Shown: piece after piece, positions 38,812 through 49,776 of the stretch
Layout: every line of letters begins with the position of its first letter
How positions within the stretch are numbered: position 1 is the stretch's first letter
DNA from: Phaeosaccion multiseriatum
Lineage: Eukaryota; Protista; Ochrophyta, other classes
Length of the DNA stretch: 64,000 nucleotides
Reading direction: 5' to 3'
Assembly (NCBI GenBank): GCA_965112735.1
Contig: OZ218961.1
Coordinates: 1,550,001-1,614,000, forward strand
The notes under the pieces: generated by a model
Databases searched by the model: none
What the model was told of the DNA's origin: nothing
What the model saw: only the letters and a program-made list of their open reading frames with translations
Position numbers and translations under genes: made by a program

Positions 38812-40523
38812 CTTCCCTCTTGCTGCGCCCCTGCAGCTGCTCCCTCCGAGCGTGCCTAATTATGCCTGATATCCGTGCCTGCTGCTGCTGCTGCCTCTGC
38901 AGCTGCTGCGGTATCCAACACCTGCTGCTGCGCCCCCTGCCTCTCCAGCCAAGCCTGCTGTGTCTCCTGCCGCTAACCTCTAAATCAGCGGTCCCCTCTG
39001 ATTAAGTATAGCGGATACCCGTGCCTCCTGCTGCTGCCCCTGCAGCTGCTGTATCCAATCCTTTGCTGCTGCCCCTGCAGCTGCGCGCCAATCCTTCCGT
39101 GCCTCCTGCTGCTGCCCCTGCAGCTGCTCCTTGCAATATCCCTAGCTACCTCTTGCTGCCGATCCACGGTAGCGCTGCTGTGCCACTCTTTCAAAGCCAA
39201 GCAATAAATTCTCCCACAAATAAATTCTCCCACCGGTTCCCAAGCAAAGCCAAGCCAAGCAAAGCTAATTAAGCTAAACGCCCCTGACGGAGCAAGCTGT
39301 GGCGTGTCCGTGCCTTGGACACTAACCAAAAACGTCCACGTGCTAGTCTAGCGCACGATGAACTCAAAGTCTCCCTCTGCTGAGCCTATTGGTCAAGTGC
39401 CAAACTGTCTTCGAGCTTTGGGGTTGTGGAAAGTCGTGCTTAGACCTCCACGAAACGGACTAGACACACAGATAAGGTAGCAGCACCCCAAAGCTAGCCT
39501 GACAGCCGGCCTTGTATCTATTAGCTTATCTATGCACTGTCCTAAACGACCACCTACAGGAGGATAGTGAGAAACGGGCACCGTTTCTCACTGCGTTGCC
39601 TAGGCCTGGGCCACTGACATACGACTGACTTTCCACATCCCCGTCAGCCATCCCTGCACTTCTAACAGCACTCCCCTGACAAGACTGTTGCGTGTCGTGT
39701 GGAAAGTCAGTCGTATGTCAGTGGCCCAGGCCTAGGCAACGCAGTGAGAAACGGTGCCCGTTTCTCACTATCCTCCTGTAGGTGGTCGTTTAGGACAGTG
39801 CATAGATAAGCTAATAGATACAAGGCCGGCTGTCAGGCTAGCTTTGGGGTGCTGCTACCTTATCTGTGTGTCTAGTCCGTTTCGTGGAGGTCTAAGCACG
39901 ACTTTCCACAACCCCAAAGCTCGAAGACAGTTTGGCACTTGACCAATAGGCTCAGCAGAGGGAGACTTTGAGTTCATCGTGCGCTAGACTAGCACGTGGA
40001 CGTTTTTGGTTAGTGTCCAAGGCACGGACACGCCACAGCTTGCTCCGTCAGGGGCGTTTAGCTTAATTAGCTTTGCTTGGCTTGGCTTTGCTTGGGAACC
40101 GGTGGGAGAATTTATTTGCGGGAGAATTTATTGCTTGGCTTTGAAAGAGTGGCACAGCAGCGCTACCGTGGATCGGCAGCAAGAGGTAGCTAGGGATATT
40201 GCAAGGAGCAGCTGCAGGGGCAGCAGCAGGAGGCACGGAAGGATTGGCGAGCAGCTGCAGGGGCAGCAGCAAAGGATTGGATACAGCAGCTGCAGGGGCA
40301 GCAGCAGGAGGCACGGGTATCCGCTATACTTAATCAGAGGGGACCGCTGATTTAGAGGTTAGCGGCAGGAGACACAGCAGGCTTGGCTGGAGAGGCAGGG
40401 GGCGCAGCAGCAGGTGTTGGATACCGCAGCAGCTGCAGAGGCAGCAGCAGCAGCAGGCACGGATATCAGGCATAATTAGGCACGCTCGGAGGGAGCAGCT
40501 GCAGGGGCGCAGCAAGAGGGAAG

Positions 40524-41798
40524 ATGCCGGCATGGCGCGGCGATCGGCTGGCACAGAGTAAGCGTACTGGCTGGTCCCAGGAGGAACCGATGGGGGATCA
40601 CGACATGGTCAATCGGTTGATGGAGGAGCTGCATGGAATCAGGATGGACCTTGCAGCACTTCCGGTGCTACTGGGCCAGCTATTGGGTCGGGATCCAAGG
40701 CAGCAGTCGGAGGTGCAGGTAGCTGCTGCACAGGTGGGGTCGGGCAGCAAGCAGAAACGATCTAAGGTCGACTGTGGGGCAGGGCAAGTCTTTTCGTGCT
40801 TTCACTGCAAGAAGGAGCACTGTCTCTCTCGCTGCCCTACCGAACCGACCACCGGAGCCATGGTGAGGAAGATGGTGGATGCAGGGAAGCGGTACGGCTT
40901 GGGTACAGCTTCCCAGGTGGTGGTGACGCTTGTGCAGCGCACTGAGCAATACAAGCGCGTCCTTGCTCAGCTGTTGAAGGCCGTGACGACGACAGGGCAG
41001 GCAGCACAGCGCAGAGCCTCGAAGGAGTTGCAGACGCTAGAGCTGACGGTGGCGGCCGCGGCGCAGTCTCGGCTTCGGGTGGCGCAAGCGCAGGCTCAGG
41101 AGGAGCAGGTAGAGCAGGCTGGCGTCACGCTTGCAGAGGGGTCAGTGTCTGCTGCGGTCCTCGAGCGGGAGCGGCAGGAGCGCGAGTCTGTTTGGCTGGA
41201 GGAGGAACAGTTGGAGCGGGCGCGTGTGTGTGCGGCTCAGGAGCGGGTGGAGAGGCGCCGCGTCGGGGAGAAAGAGAGACGGCAGCAGGCGCAACAAGCT
41301 GCCTTGGCTGAGGAAGCTCAGCGCAAGCTGCAAGAGGTACACACGCAGGCTCAAGCGGAGAGCACGCGGGCACAGCAAGTGCGGGACTGGCAAGAGCGGG
41401 AGGACGCACTGCGGGCTGTGGCTCAGCCTGTAGTGCGGGTGAATGGTGTTCTCAGTGGTCTTGGTTCCACTACCGAAGTTGGTGCGCGGCCAAAGAGGAG
41501 GGGGCGGCGGTCGAAGAAGCGCAAGGTAAGGCCCGACGGGGTCAGGGATCCGGCAGAGCGGCAGCTTGAGGAGGAGCGCCAGTGGCAGCAGGAGATTGAC
41601 GCGATGAAGTGTGATCCGGCAAGGCAGCGCCGGTGGCAGCAGGAGTTTAAAGCGAATCCTCCGGACGGGTGGGACGGGACTCCTCTCTCTCTGAAGGATC
41701 GGCTGCAGCAATTGGAAACGGAGCGGGCCGCGCAGGGAGTGCCTCGTACGGTTGCAAAGCTGGGACAGCAGGTGACGGTGGGGACGAGCCAGCGCTAG
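40524..41798 (+). CDS. Gag-like zinc-knuckle/coiled-coil protein of unit P, right arm
   Basis: Identical to the left-arm ORF except near the C-terminus (424 vs 443 aa). Confidence 0.6.
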   Translation: MPAWRGDRLAQSKRTGWSQEEPMGDHDMVNRLMEELHGIRMDLAALPVLLGQLLGRDPRQQSEVQVAAAQVGSGSKQKRSKVDCGAGQVFSCFHCKKEHCLSRCPTEPTTGAMVRKMVDAGKRYGLGTASQVVVTLVQRTEQYKRVLAQLLKAVTTTGQAAQRRASKELQTLELTVAAAAQSRLRVAQAQAQEEQVEQAGVTLAEGSVSAAVLERERQERESVWLEEEQLERARVCAAQERVERRRVGEKERRQQAQQAALAEEAQRKLQEVHTQAQAESTRAQQVRDWQEREDALRAVAQPVVRVNGVLSGLGSTTEVGARPKRRGRRSKKRKVRPDGVRDPAERQLEEERQWQQEIDAMKCDPARQRRWQQEFKANPPDGWDGTPLSLKDRLQQLETERAAQGVPRTVAKLGQQVTVGTSQR

Positions 41799-43716
41799 CG
41801 CAGTCGTGCGCAGCCACGGAGGGTGAGTTTGAGGCCTTGGGCTTTCTCACCCTGCCGTGGCAGGTGTGTGGAAGGGTGACTTGTGGAGTGCCAAGTCACA
41901 CACACACTGGTGGGTGAGTTTTGCATATTTCTCATCCGGTTTTTTGGAAGCAGCATAAAAGGTTTTGCTACAGTCGAGCTTCAGTAGGCGAAAACGCCTG
42001 AGTTGCGTTGGGACACGCAACAGTCTTGTCAGGGGAGTGTTAGAAGTGCAGGGATGGCTGACGGGGATGTGGAAAGTCAGTCGTATGTCAGTGGCCCAGG
42101 CCTAGGCAACGCAGTGAGAAACGGTGCCCGTTTCTCACTATCCTCCTGTAGGTGGTCGTTTAGGACAGTGCATAGATATGCTAATAGATACAAGGCCGGC
42201 TGTCAGGCTAGCTTTGGGGTGCTGCTACCTTATCTGTGTGTCTAGTCCGTTTCGTGGAGGTCTAAGCACGACTTTCCACACCACATTGCATAATGCCCCA
42301 ATTTCCTTCAGCACCGGTCGACGTACATCTCTGCCCACCCGTAGATGGGCACCAAAGGCTGCTGTGTTTCCCGAATTGCAAGCGCCGTACACTCCCAATG
42401 CTGCCTTCCAAATTCCAATGCCTCCCTTGCATGCTGCGCCCCTCCTGTCGCCCATTGCCTCGCTGTTTTGGCCTCAGGTTCAATATCCGCTCCACACGCA
42501 AACTCGGGACGCCAACCACCATCAAAGTGCTCTCCGGTTCCTTCCAACAGCCCGAATAGCTGCCTTCTTATCCATGCTGCCACCGTTGACGCTGTACTAA
42601 CTGCCCTGCTGTTGCCGTTTGGCCTGAGAGCCCAATTGCACCACTGCCGCCGTCCTTCTCCTCCGTGGTGCCGCCCCGCCCCCCCAACATGAAAAACACC
42701 AGAACTCCGAGCGATACTGCAGCAGGAATGCTGACCGCCACACGTACCAAGCGGAATACCCCCACGTGTAGAGAGACTGGGGCCCCAACAAATACATGGT
42801 CTCTGTTGCTGTTGCTGTAATTGGTACATGGCGCCTTGTTTCTCGAAACGGTGAAAAATCAGGGTAGGTCGTGTGGGGCCATGGTACAGCCGCTACACCG
42901 GCCCGCCTGCCGCCTTGAGACCAAAAGGAAAAGCCTCTGCTGATTTTGAAAGGGCTGTGGGAGCCGGGTGCCGAAGAAGCTGGGGCGGCGTGTGGCTGTT
43001 CCAAAAGTCGTAAATACATAAAATGCCGTGGACCACACCCCCCACACCTTGGGCCACGGGAGAGAGGAGAGAGCGGAGAGATGAGTAGGGCGTCGGCCTC
43101 AACACCGAACGCGTATCCTACGGCGATACCAGCAAGGCAGAAAGGGCGAAGAGGGCAAAAGGCGCCGGCACGCAACACCGTGGAGGCGGTCGGCACGCAA
43201 CACCAGACACCGCTTGTCCCAAGCCATAGAGCCCCGCAACACCGGCAAAGGAAAGAAAAGAAGAGTTCCGGCACGCAACACCGTGGAGACTGTCGGCACG
43301 CAACACCAGACACAGTCTCCCTAGCTCTTCCTCCCTCTTCCACGAGGATCCCGGCTCGCAACACCAGGCGGATCCCCTTGGCCAACACAAGCGCTCTGTC
43401 CGGGCCCAGGACAAGAGGCTCGCTTTCCACCACACCAGTATCTACTCTCCTCCTGGACAGTGTGCTCCACTCTTCCTGGGCTCTGTCTCCGCCGCCTCAG
43501 TAAGTGACAGCACACGCCAAGGTCTCTCCTCTTCTGAAAAATCAAAATTCCCTGCTTCACTGACATACTGTACATCTCCCCAGAGGGGACCCCCCCCTTG
43601 GGGCGGTACCAAGCACCTACGCTGACGCTTCGCCCTGCTGGCTCCCATGTCTCCCACCCCTTCCTCGTCTCTGTTCCGCGAGAAACAAAGTTCCGTTGCT
43701 GCGCTGCTGAACAGGC

Positions 43717-46700
43717 TATGCCAAATGCCGGCTTTGGGCGTCTTTGCCGACAGATTGGGCCATTTGAGCCTATCTGAGATCCCACTTGGCGCTGTTGTGG
43801 GAATGTCGTATCTGTCTTGGGCCTATGGTGCTGAGCCAATGCCTGGACTGGGCATGTTGTGACCAGCAAACGCGTCGTTCGGGCTGTGTGTGCGCCCCAA
43901 ATGCGGGCTTTGGGCGTCTTTGCCGACAGATTGGGCCATTTGAGCCTATCTGAGATCCCACTTGGCGCTGTTGTGGCAATGTCGTATCTGTGTTGGGCCT
44001 ATGGTGCTGAGCCAATGCCTGGACTGGGCATGTTGTGACCAGCAAACGCGTCGCTCGGGCTGTGTGTGCCTACCAAATATGCCAAATGCCGGCTTTGGGC
44101 GTCTTTGCCGACAGATTGGGCCATTTGAGCCTATCTGAGATCCCACTTGGCGCTGTTGTGGCAATGTCGTATCTGTCTTGGGCCTATGGTGCTGAGCCAA
44201 TGCCTGGACTGGGCATGTTGTGACCAGCAAACGCGTCGTTCGGGCTGTGTGTGCGCCCCAAATGCCGGCTTTGGGCGTCTTTGCCGACAGATTGGGCCAT
44301 TTGTGGAGGTATGCTCACAAATGTCGTCAGTTCATAGTTTCAGTTTCTTCGTTCAGTTTCAGTTTCCTTTTAGTTCTTTCCATCTCCTAAAATATTACTT
44401 CATCTCTCGTCCTTTCGTTTTCTCACGAGTGCTCCACCTCTGGTGGATAGCGACTGACCTCCTGCTATGTGCAGGTAGGGTCTATTGCTATTGGTAGTCA
44501 TCCTTTCAGTGCACGACTCCACAATAACTAGTTATTACCGGATAGTACATTTCATACACTCTCCAATTTCAGCGGGGACCAATGTCCGTCTCGCCACTAC
44601 AACACCCGGTGGTAGGCTGTACACCACCCGCGGTAGGCTCTTCCAGCATCGAGGTCTACATCCAGCCTTTTTTCGCCGATCCCAGTCAGAGAGCGGCCGC
44701 AGTGGATCGATGCCAGCAGCAGATTGTGCAGCTCTTTTCGGCGCTGGATAAATGTGGGCAGCTCGCCGTGGTCTACAACGAGAGTGCGGACGAATGGGTA
44801 GAAGGCACAGCTTCTGTAATCAGCGGAGGCCTCGCTGCCGGCCTCAAGCCCCAACATGTTTTCCTACAAGCGGCGTACTCCACCTTTGGACCTCATTCTT
44901 CACACCTTCCAGGGCCCTCTCTTGGTGCCCAAGATCAGCTGTGCCATCACGGACAACGACATGACCAAGTTGGTTACCGTGGGCCGCGCCACCCTGAAGG
45001 AGCTCGGCATTAACATCCAAGAGGCCCTTGGTAAGGCAGCAGCGGCGCAGCACATCAAAGACGGCGCCACCGGCCCTACGCGTCAGGCGTCGGAACGTAC
45101 TGTCACCTTTCTCCGTGACCGTTACTCTCCTCACTTCTAATCTTCTTCTGTTTCCCTCGGACTCTTTCCTATACCTTCTGAGTACCAATGTGCCCTGAAA
45201 TAATTCTCTCTACCCTCTGGTGTTCCTAGACTGTTTGTGAGGCCGCTTTTTCCCTCCCCCTTGTGTGAGGCAGCTTTTCCCTCCATCTGTTCTGTTCCCA
45301 AGTCGGTGTAGCTAGGGCTAATTCTCTCTACTCTCTGGTGTTTCTGGACTGTTTGTGTGGCCGCTTTTTCCCTCCCCCTTGTGTGAGGCAGCTTTTCCCT
45401 CCATCTGTTCTGTTCCCAAGTCGGTGTAGCCAGTCTGTGTGGATTTCCCTCTTTTCCTTACTTCCTTTCCTCCTATTTGTGTTCATCTCTTTCTCTTTCC
45501 TTATCATGTCTGCGTATGCACACATGCTTTCAAAGGGGGGACTGTGGAGGTATGCTCACAAATGTCGTCAGTTCATAGTTTCAGTTTCTTCGTTCAGTTT
45601 CAGTTTCCTTTTAGTTCTTTCCATCTCCTAAAATATTACTTCATCTCTCGTCCTTTCGTTTTCTCACGAGTGCTCCACCTCTGGTGGATAGCGACTGACC
45701 TCCTGCTATGTGCAGGTAGGGTCTATTGCTATTGGTAGTCATCCTTTCAGTGCACGACTCCACACATTTGAGCCTATCTGAGATCCCACTTGGCGCTGTT
45801 GTGGCAATGTCGTATCTGTGTTGGGCCTATGGTGCTGAGCCAATGCCTGGACTGGGCATGTTGTGACCAGCAAACGCGTCGTTCGGGCTGTGTGTGCCCC
45901 CCAAATGCGGGCTTTGGGCGTCTTTGCCGACAGATTGGGCCATTTGAGCCTATCTGAGATCCCACTTGGCGCTGTTGTGGCAATGTCGTATCTGTCTTGG
46001 GCCTATGGTGCTGAGCCAATGCCTGGACTGGGCATGTTGTGACCAGCAAACGCGTCGTTCGGGCTGTGTGTGCCTACCAAATATGCCAAATGCCGGCTTT
46101 GGGCGTCTTTGCCGACAGATTGGGCCATTTGAGCCTATCTGAGATCCCACTTGGCGCTGTTGTGGCAATGTCGTATCTGTGTTGGGCCTATGGTGCTGAG
46201 CCAATGCCTGGACTGGGCATGTTGTGACCAGCAAACGCGTCGTTCGGGCTGTGTGTGCCTACCAAATGCCGGCTTTGGGCGTCTTTGCCGACAGATTGGG
46301 CCATTTGAGCCTATCTGAGATCCCACTTGGCGCTGTTGTGGCAATGTCGTATCTGTCTTGGGCCTATGGTGCTGAGCCAATGCCTGGACTGGGCATGTTG
46401 TGACCAGCAAACGCGTCGTTCGGGCTGTGTGTGCCCCCCAAATGCGGGCTTTGGGCGTCTTTGCCGACAGATTGGGCCATTTGAGCCTATCTGAGATCCC
46501 ACTTGGCGCTGTTGTGGCAATGTCGTATCTGTGTTGGGCCTATGGTGCTAAGCCAATGCCTGGACTGGGCATGTTGTGACCAGCAAACGCGTCGTTCGGG
46601 CTGTGTGTGCCTACCAAATATGCCAAATGCCGGCTTTGGGCGTCTTTGCCGACAGATTGGGCCATTTGAGCCTATCTGAGATCCCACTTGGCGCTGTTGT

Positions 46701-47212
46701 GGCAATGTCGTATCTGTCTTGGGGCTATGGTGCTGAGCCAATGCCTGGACTGGGCATGTTGTGACCAGTAAACGCGTCGTTCGGGCTGTGTGTGCCTACC
46801 AAATGCCGGCTTTGGGCGTCTTTGCCGACAGATTGGGCCATTTGAGCCTATCTGAGATCCCACTTGGCGCTGTTGTGGGAATGTCGTATCTGTCTTGGGC
46901 CTATGGTGCTGAGCCAATGCCTGGACTGGGCATGTTGTGACCAGCAAACGCGTCGTTCGGGCTGTGTGTGCGCCCCAAATGCCGGCTTTGGGCGTCTTTG
47001 CCGACAGATTGGGCCATTTGAGCCTATCTGAGATCCCACTTGGCGCTGTTGTGGCAATGTCGTATCTGTGTTGGGCCTATGGTGCTGAGCCAATGCCTGG
47101 ACTGGGCATGTTGTGACCAGCAAACGCGTCGTTCGGGCTGTGTGTGCCTACCAAATATGCCAAATGCCGGCTTTGGGCGTCTTTGCCGACAGATTGGGCC
47201 ATTTGAGCCTAT
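43717..47212. repeat. 176/185-bp satellite array (segments 43717-44301 and 45765-47212, split by element E1)
   Basis: Monomer ...ccaaatgccggctttgggcgtctttgccgacagattgggccatttgagcctatctgagatcccacttggcgctg...; repeated ORF ends at 45774, 45950, 46135, 46311, 46487, 46672, 46848. Confidence 0.97.
44302..45764 (+). mobile_element. Element E1: 1.46-kb non-autonomous LTR element
   Basis: 222-bp LTRs 44302-44523 and 45543-45764; TSD CATT; PPT AAAGGGGGGAC; internal protease-region remnant and ~120-bp direct repeat. Confidence 0.95.
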
Positions 47213-47575
47213 TGTAGCCTATCTGAAGGCAACAAAAATATCGCCCATTCAAGGGTATCGATACCCATCCAAGAAGATGTAGAGGTCCTATGGGTACACC
47301 AAGTCCACAGGAACATAGTAGATAAGAGAGCTCAGATGAGAATCGAACCCGAGAGTGGTAGAGATTTTTGTTGCCTTCAGATAGGCTACACTACCCACTT
47401 AGATTAGTATTGCGACCAAGTCCACAGGAACATAGTAGATAAGAGAGCTCAGATGAGAATCGAACCCGAGAGTGGTAGAGATTTTTGTTGCCTTCAGATA
47501 GGCTACACTACCCACTTAGATTAGTATTGCGCAATACTAATCTAAGTGGGTAGTGTAGCCTATCTGAAGGCAACA
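47213..47575. mobile_element. Structure G: 178-bp TG...CA unit with 27-bp terminal inverted repeats, a 117-bp tandem duplication and a 90-bp perfect palindrome
   Basis: tgtagcctatctgaaggcaacaaaaat (47213) ... atttttgttgccttcagataggctaca (47390); 47298-47414 = 47415-47531; palindrome 47486-47575. Confidence 0.75.
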
Positions 47576-48182
47576 GTTGTGGAGTAGGCCACTCTTTCAT
47601 GCCAAATCGGAAACCCGAGGCAATTGTTTAATATATTCTACTCTCGTTCTATCAATAAGGTTTTGACGTCTTATCTCTCCCACCAAGGAGTGGGGAGCCC
47701 ACAGACAAAGAGTGTGAGTCACAGTTAGTTAGCGCAAGTTCACCGACGCTACAATAATCGATTATTACTCAGTATTGGTGATACCAGAACTGAAGAAAGA
47801 CTCAAGAAGACCGGAGAGGCCAGGATGGCGGATTCGGCACCAATGGCGCAGTCTGCAGAGGAGCTGCGTGCGCCTCACCTTTCTGAGGTGGCAACTAAGG
47901 ACTCGGGGGCGTGGCTGGATCGCTTCACGTTGTATGAGCAACAGCATACGGCTCTCACGAGGAATTTGACACCAGAGCAGGCCCGGCGCAACCCGAAGGC
48001 TACCGTGCAATCGTGCCTAAAGCGCTCGGTAAGAATGCACATCATTAAGGAGATGTTCAGCGATGATGAGAGGACAGCCTTAGCGGCCGACGATGCAGCA
48101 ACGAGTGCAGCAGTGGAAGCCTCTTTCCTGGCAGCGATTAAACAGCTTGCGGGAAGGACAGCGGAGGCCTCACAGCGCAACC

Positions 48183-48394
48183 TGTGGAGTCTCAAAGGTG
48201 TTTGGTATGTTCGAATCCGGATTGTCGCCATTTGGGGAACTCGAGCTTCATATGAACGGCATGTCGCAGGAGGAGGATAGATAGGAAAGTGAGATAGAGA
48301 AAGGAAAGCTAATACACGCTCAACATAGGATAAGAATCCCTTTGCTTGTTGGTTGTCTGGGGTGTGTGGTCTGTTCCACATCTCAGGTGGCTCA
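48183..48394 (+). mobile_element. Solo LTR of family D inserted in F gag
   Basis: tgtggagtctcaaagg...ggtggctca; TSD AACC. Confidence 0.93.
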
Positions 48395-49776
48395 AACCCC
48401 GTGGAGCTGCAAGATGCTATAAGGAAGAGCCTAGTCATGTCCATGCTGGACAAGGAAGGTAACCACATCGACGTAGAGGAAAGGGTACAGAAACAGCTTC
48501 TTCCCCTGTATGAACTACTCGACAAAAGGGGGTTTGTGGAGGTATGCTCACAAATGTCGTCAGTTCAAAGTTTCAGTTTCTTCGTTCAGTTTCAGTTTCC
48601 TTTTAGTTCTTTCCATCTCCTAAAATATTACTTCATCTCTCGTCCTTTCGTTTTCTCACGAGTGCTCCACCTCTGGTGGATAGCGACTGACCTCCTGCTA
48701 TGTGCAGGTAGGGTCTATTGCTATTGGTAGTCATCCTTTCAGTGCACGACTCCACAATAACTAGTTATTACCGGATAGTATTTTTCCAATTTCAGCGGCG
48801 ACCAATGTCCGTCTCGCCACTACAACACCCGGTGGTAGGCTGTACACCACCCGCGGTAGGCTCTTCCAGCATCGAGGTCTACATCCAGCCTTTTTTCGCC
48901 GATCCCAGTCAGAGAGCGGCCGCAGTGGATCGATGCCAGCAGCAGATTGTGCAGCTCTTTTCGGCGCTGGATAAATGTGGGCAGCTCGCCGTGGTCTACA
49001 ACGAGAGTGCGGACGAATGGGTAGAAGGCACAGCTTCTGTAATCAGCGGAGGCCTCGCTGCCGGCCTCAAGCCCCAACATGTTTTCCTACAAGCGGCGTA
49101 CTCCACCTTTGGACCTCATTCTTCACACCTTCCAGGGCCCTCTCTTGGTGCCCAAGATCAGCTATGCCATCACGGATAACGACATGACCAAGTTGGTTAC
49201 CGTGGGCCGCGCCACCCTGAAGGAGCTCGGCATTAATATCCAAGAGGCCCTTGGTAAGGCAGCAGCGACGCAGCACATCAACGACGGCGCCACTGGCCCT
49301 CTTCGTCAGGCGTCGGCACGTACTGTCACCTTTACCCGTGACCGTTACTCCCCTCATTTCTAATCTTCTTCTGTTTCCCTCGGACTCTTTCCTATACCTT
49401 CTGAGTACCAATGTGCCCTGAAATAATTCTCCCTACCCTCTGGTGTTCCTAGACTGTTTGTGAGGCCGCTTTTTCCCTCCCCCTTGTGTGAGGCAGCTTT
49501 TCCCTCCATCTGTTCTGTTCCCAAGTCGGTGTAGCTAGGGCAAATTCTCTCTACTCTCTGGTGTTTCTGGACTGTTTGTGTGGCCGCTTTTTCCCTCCCC
49601 CTTGTGTGAGGCAGCTTTTCCCTCCATCTGTTCTGTTCCCAAGTCGGTGTAGCCAGTCTGTGTGGATTTCCCTCTTTTCCTTACTTCCTTTCCTCCTATT
49701 TGTGTTCATCTCTTTCTCTTTCCTTATCATGTCTGCGTATGCACACATGCTTTCAAAGGGGGGACTGTGGAGGTAT

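Larger units (their letters stand above)
37018..42280. mobile_element. Unit P: head-to-head inverted dimer of a non-autonomous LTR element (four 213-bp LTRs)
   Basis: LTRs 37018-37230 and 39425-39637 (minus arm), 39698-39910 and 42068-42280 (plus arm); CCAC duplicated at 37014-37017 and 42281-42284. Confidence 0.92.
36832..42700 (-). mobile_element. Relic C: degenerate internal region of a D2-like element, split by unit P
   Basis: 36832-37017 plus 42285-~42660 align continuously with ~60377-60940. Confidence 0.8.

Noticed and set aside
37018-42280. DIRS-type or DNA transposon with long TIRs
   Set aside because: No tyrosine recombinase or transposase; the inverted ends are ordinary LTRs with PPT and self-priming site, and a TSD is present.
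43717-47212. CRISPR array, or repeated small genes (MLVTTCPVQ... ORFs)
   Set aside because: Whole monomers repeat with no unique spacers and there are no cas genes; the ORFs are by-products of the satellite.
47578-47753. F LTR (176 bp) as the source of the 176-bp satellite
   Set aside because: Same length but no visible sequence similarity.
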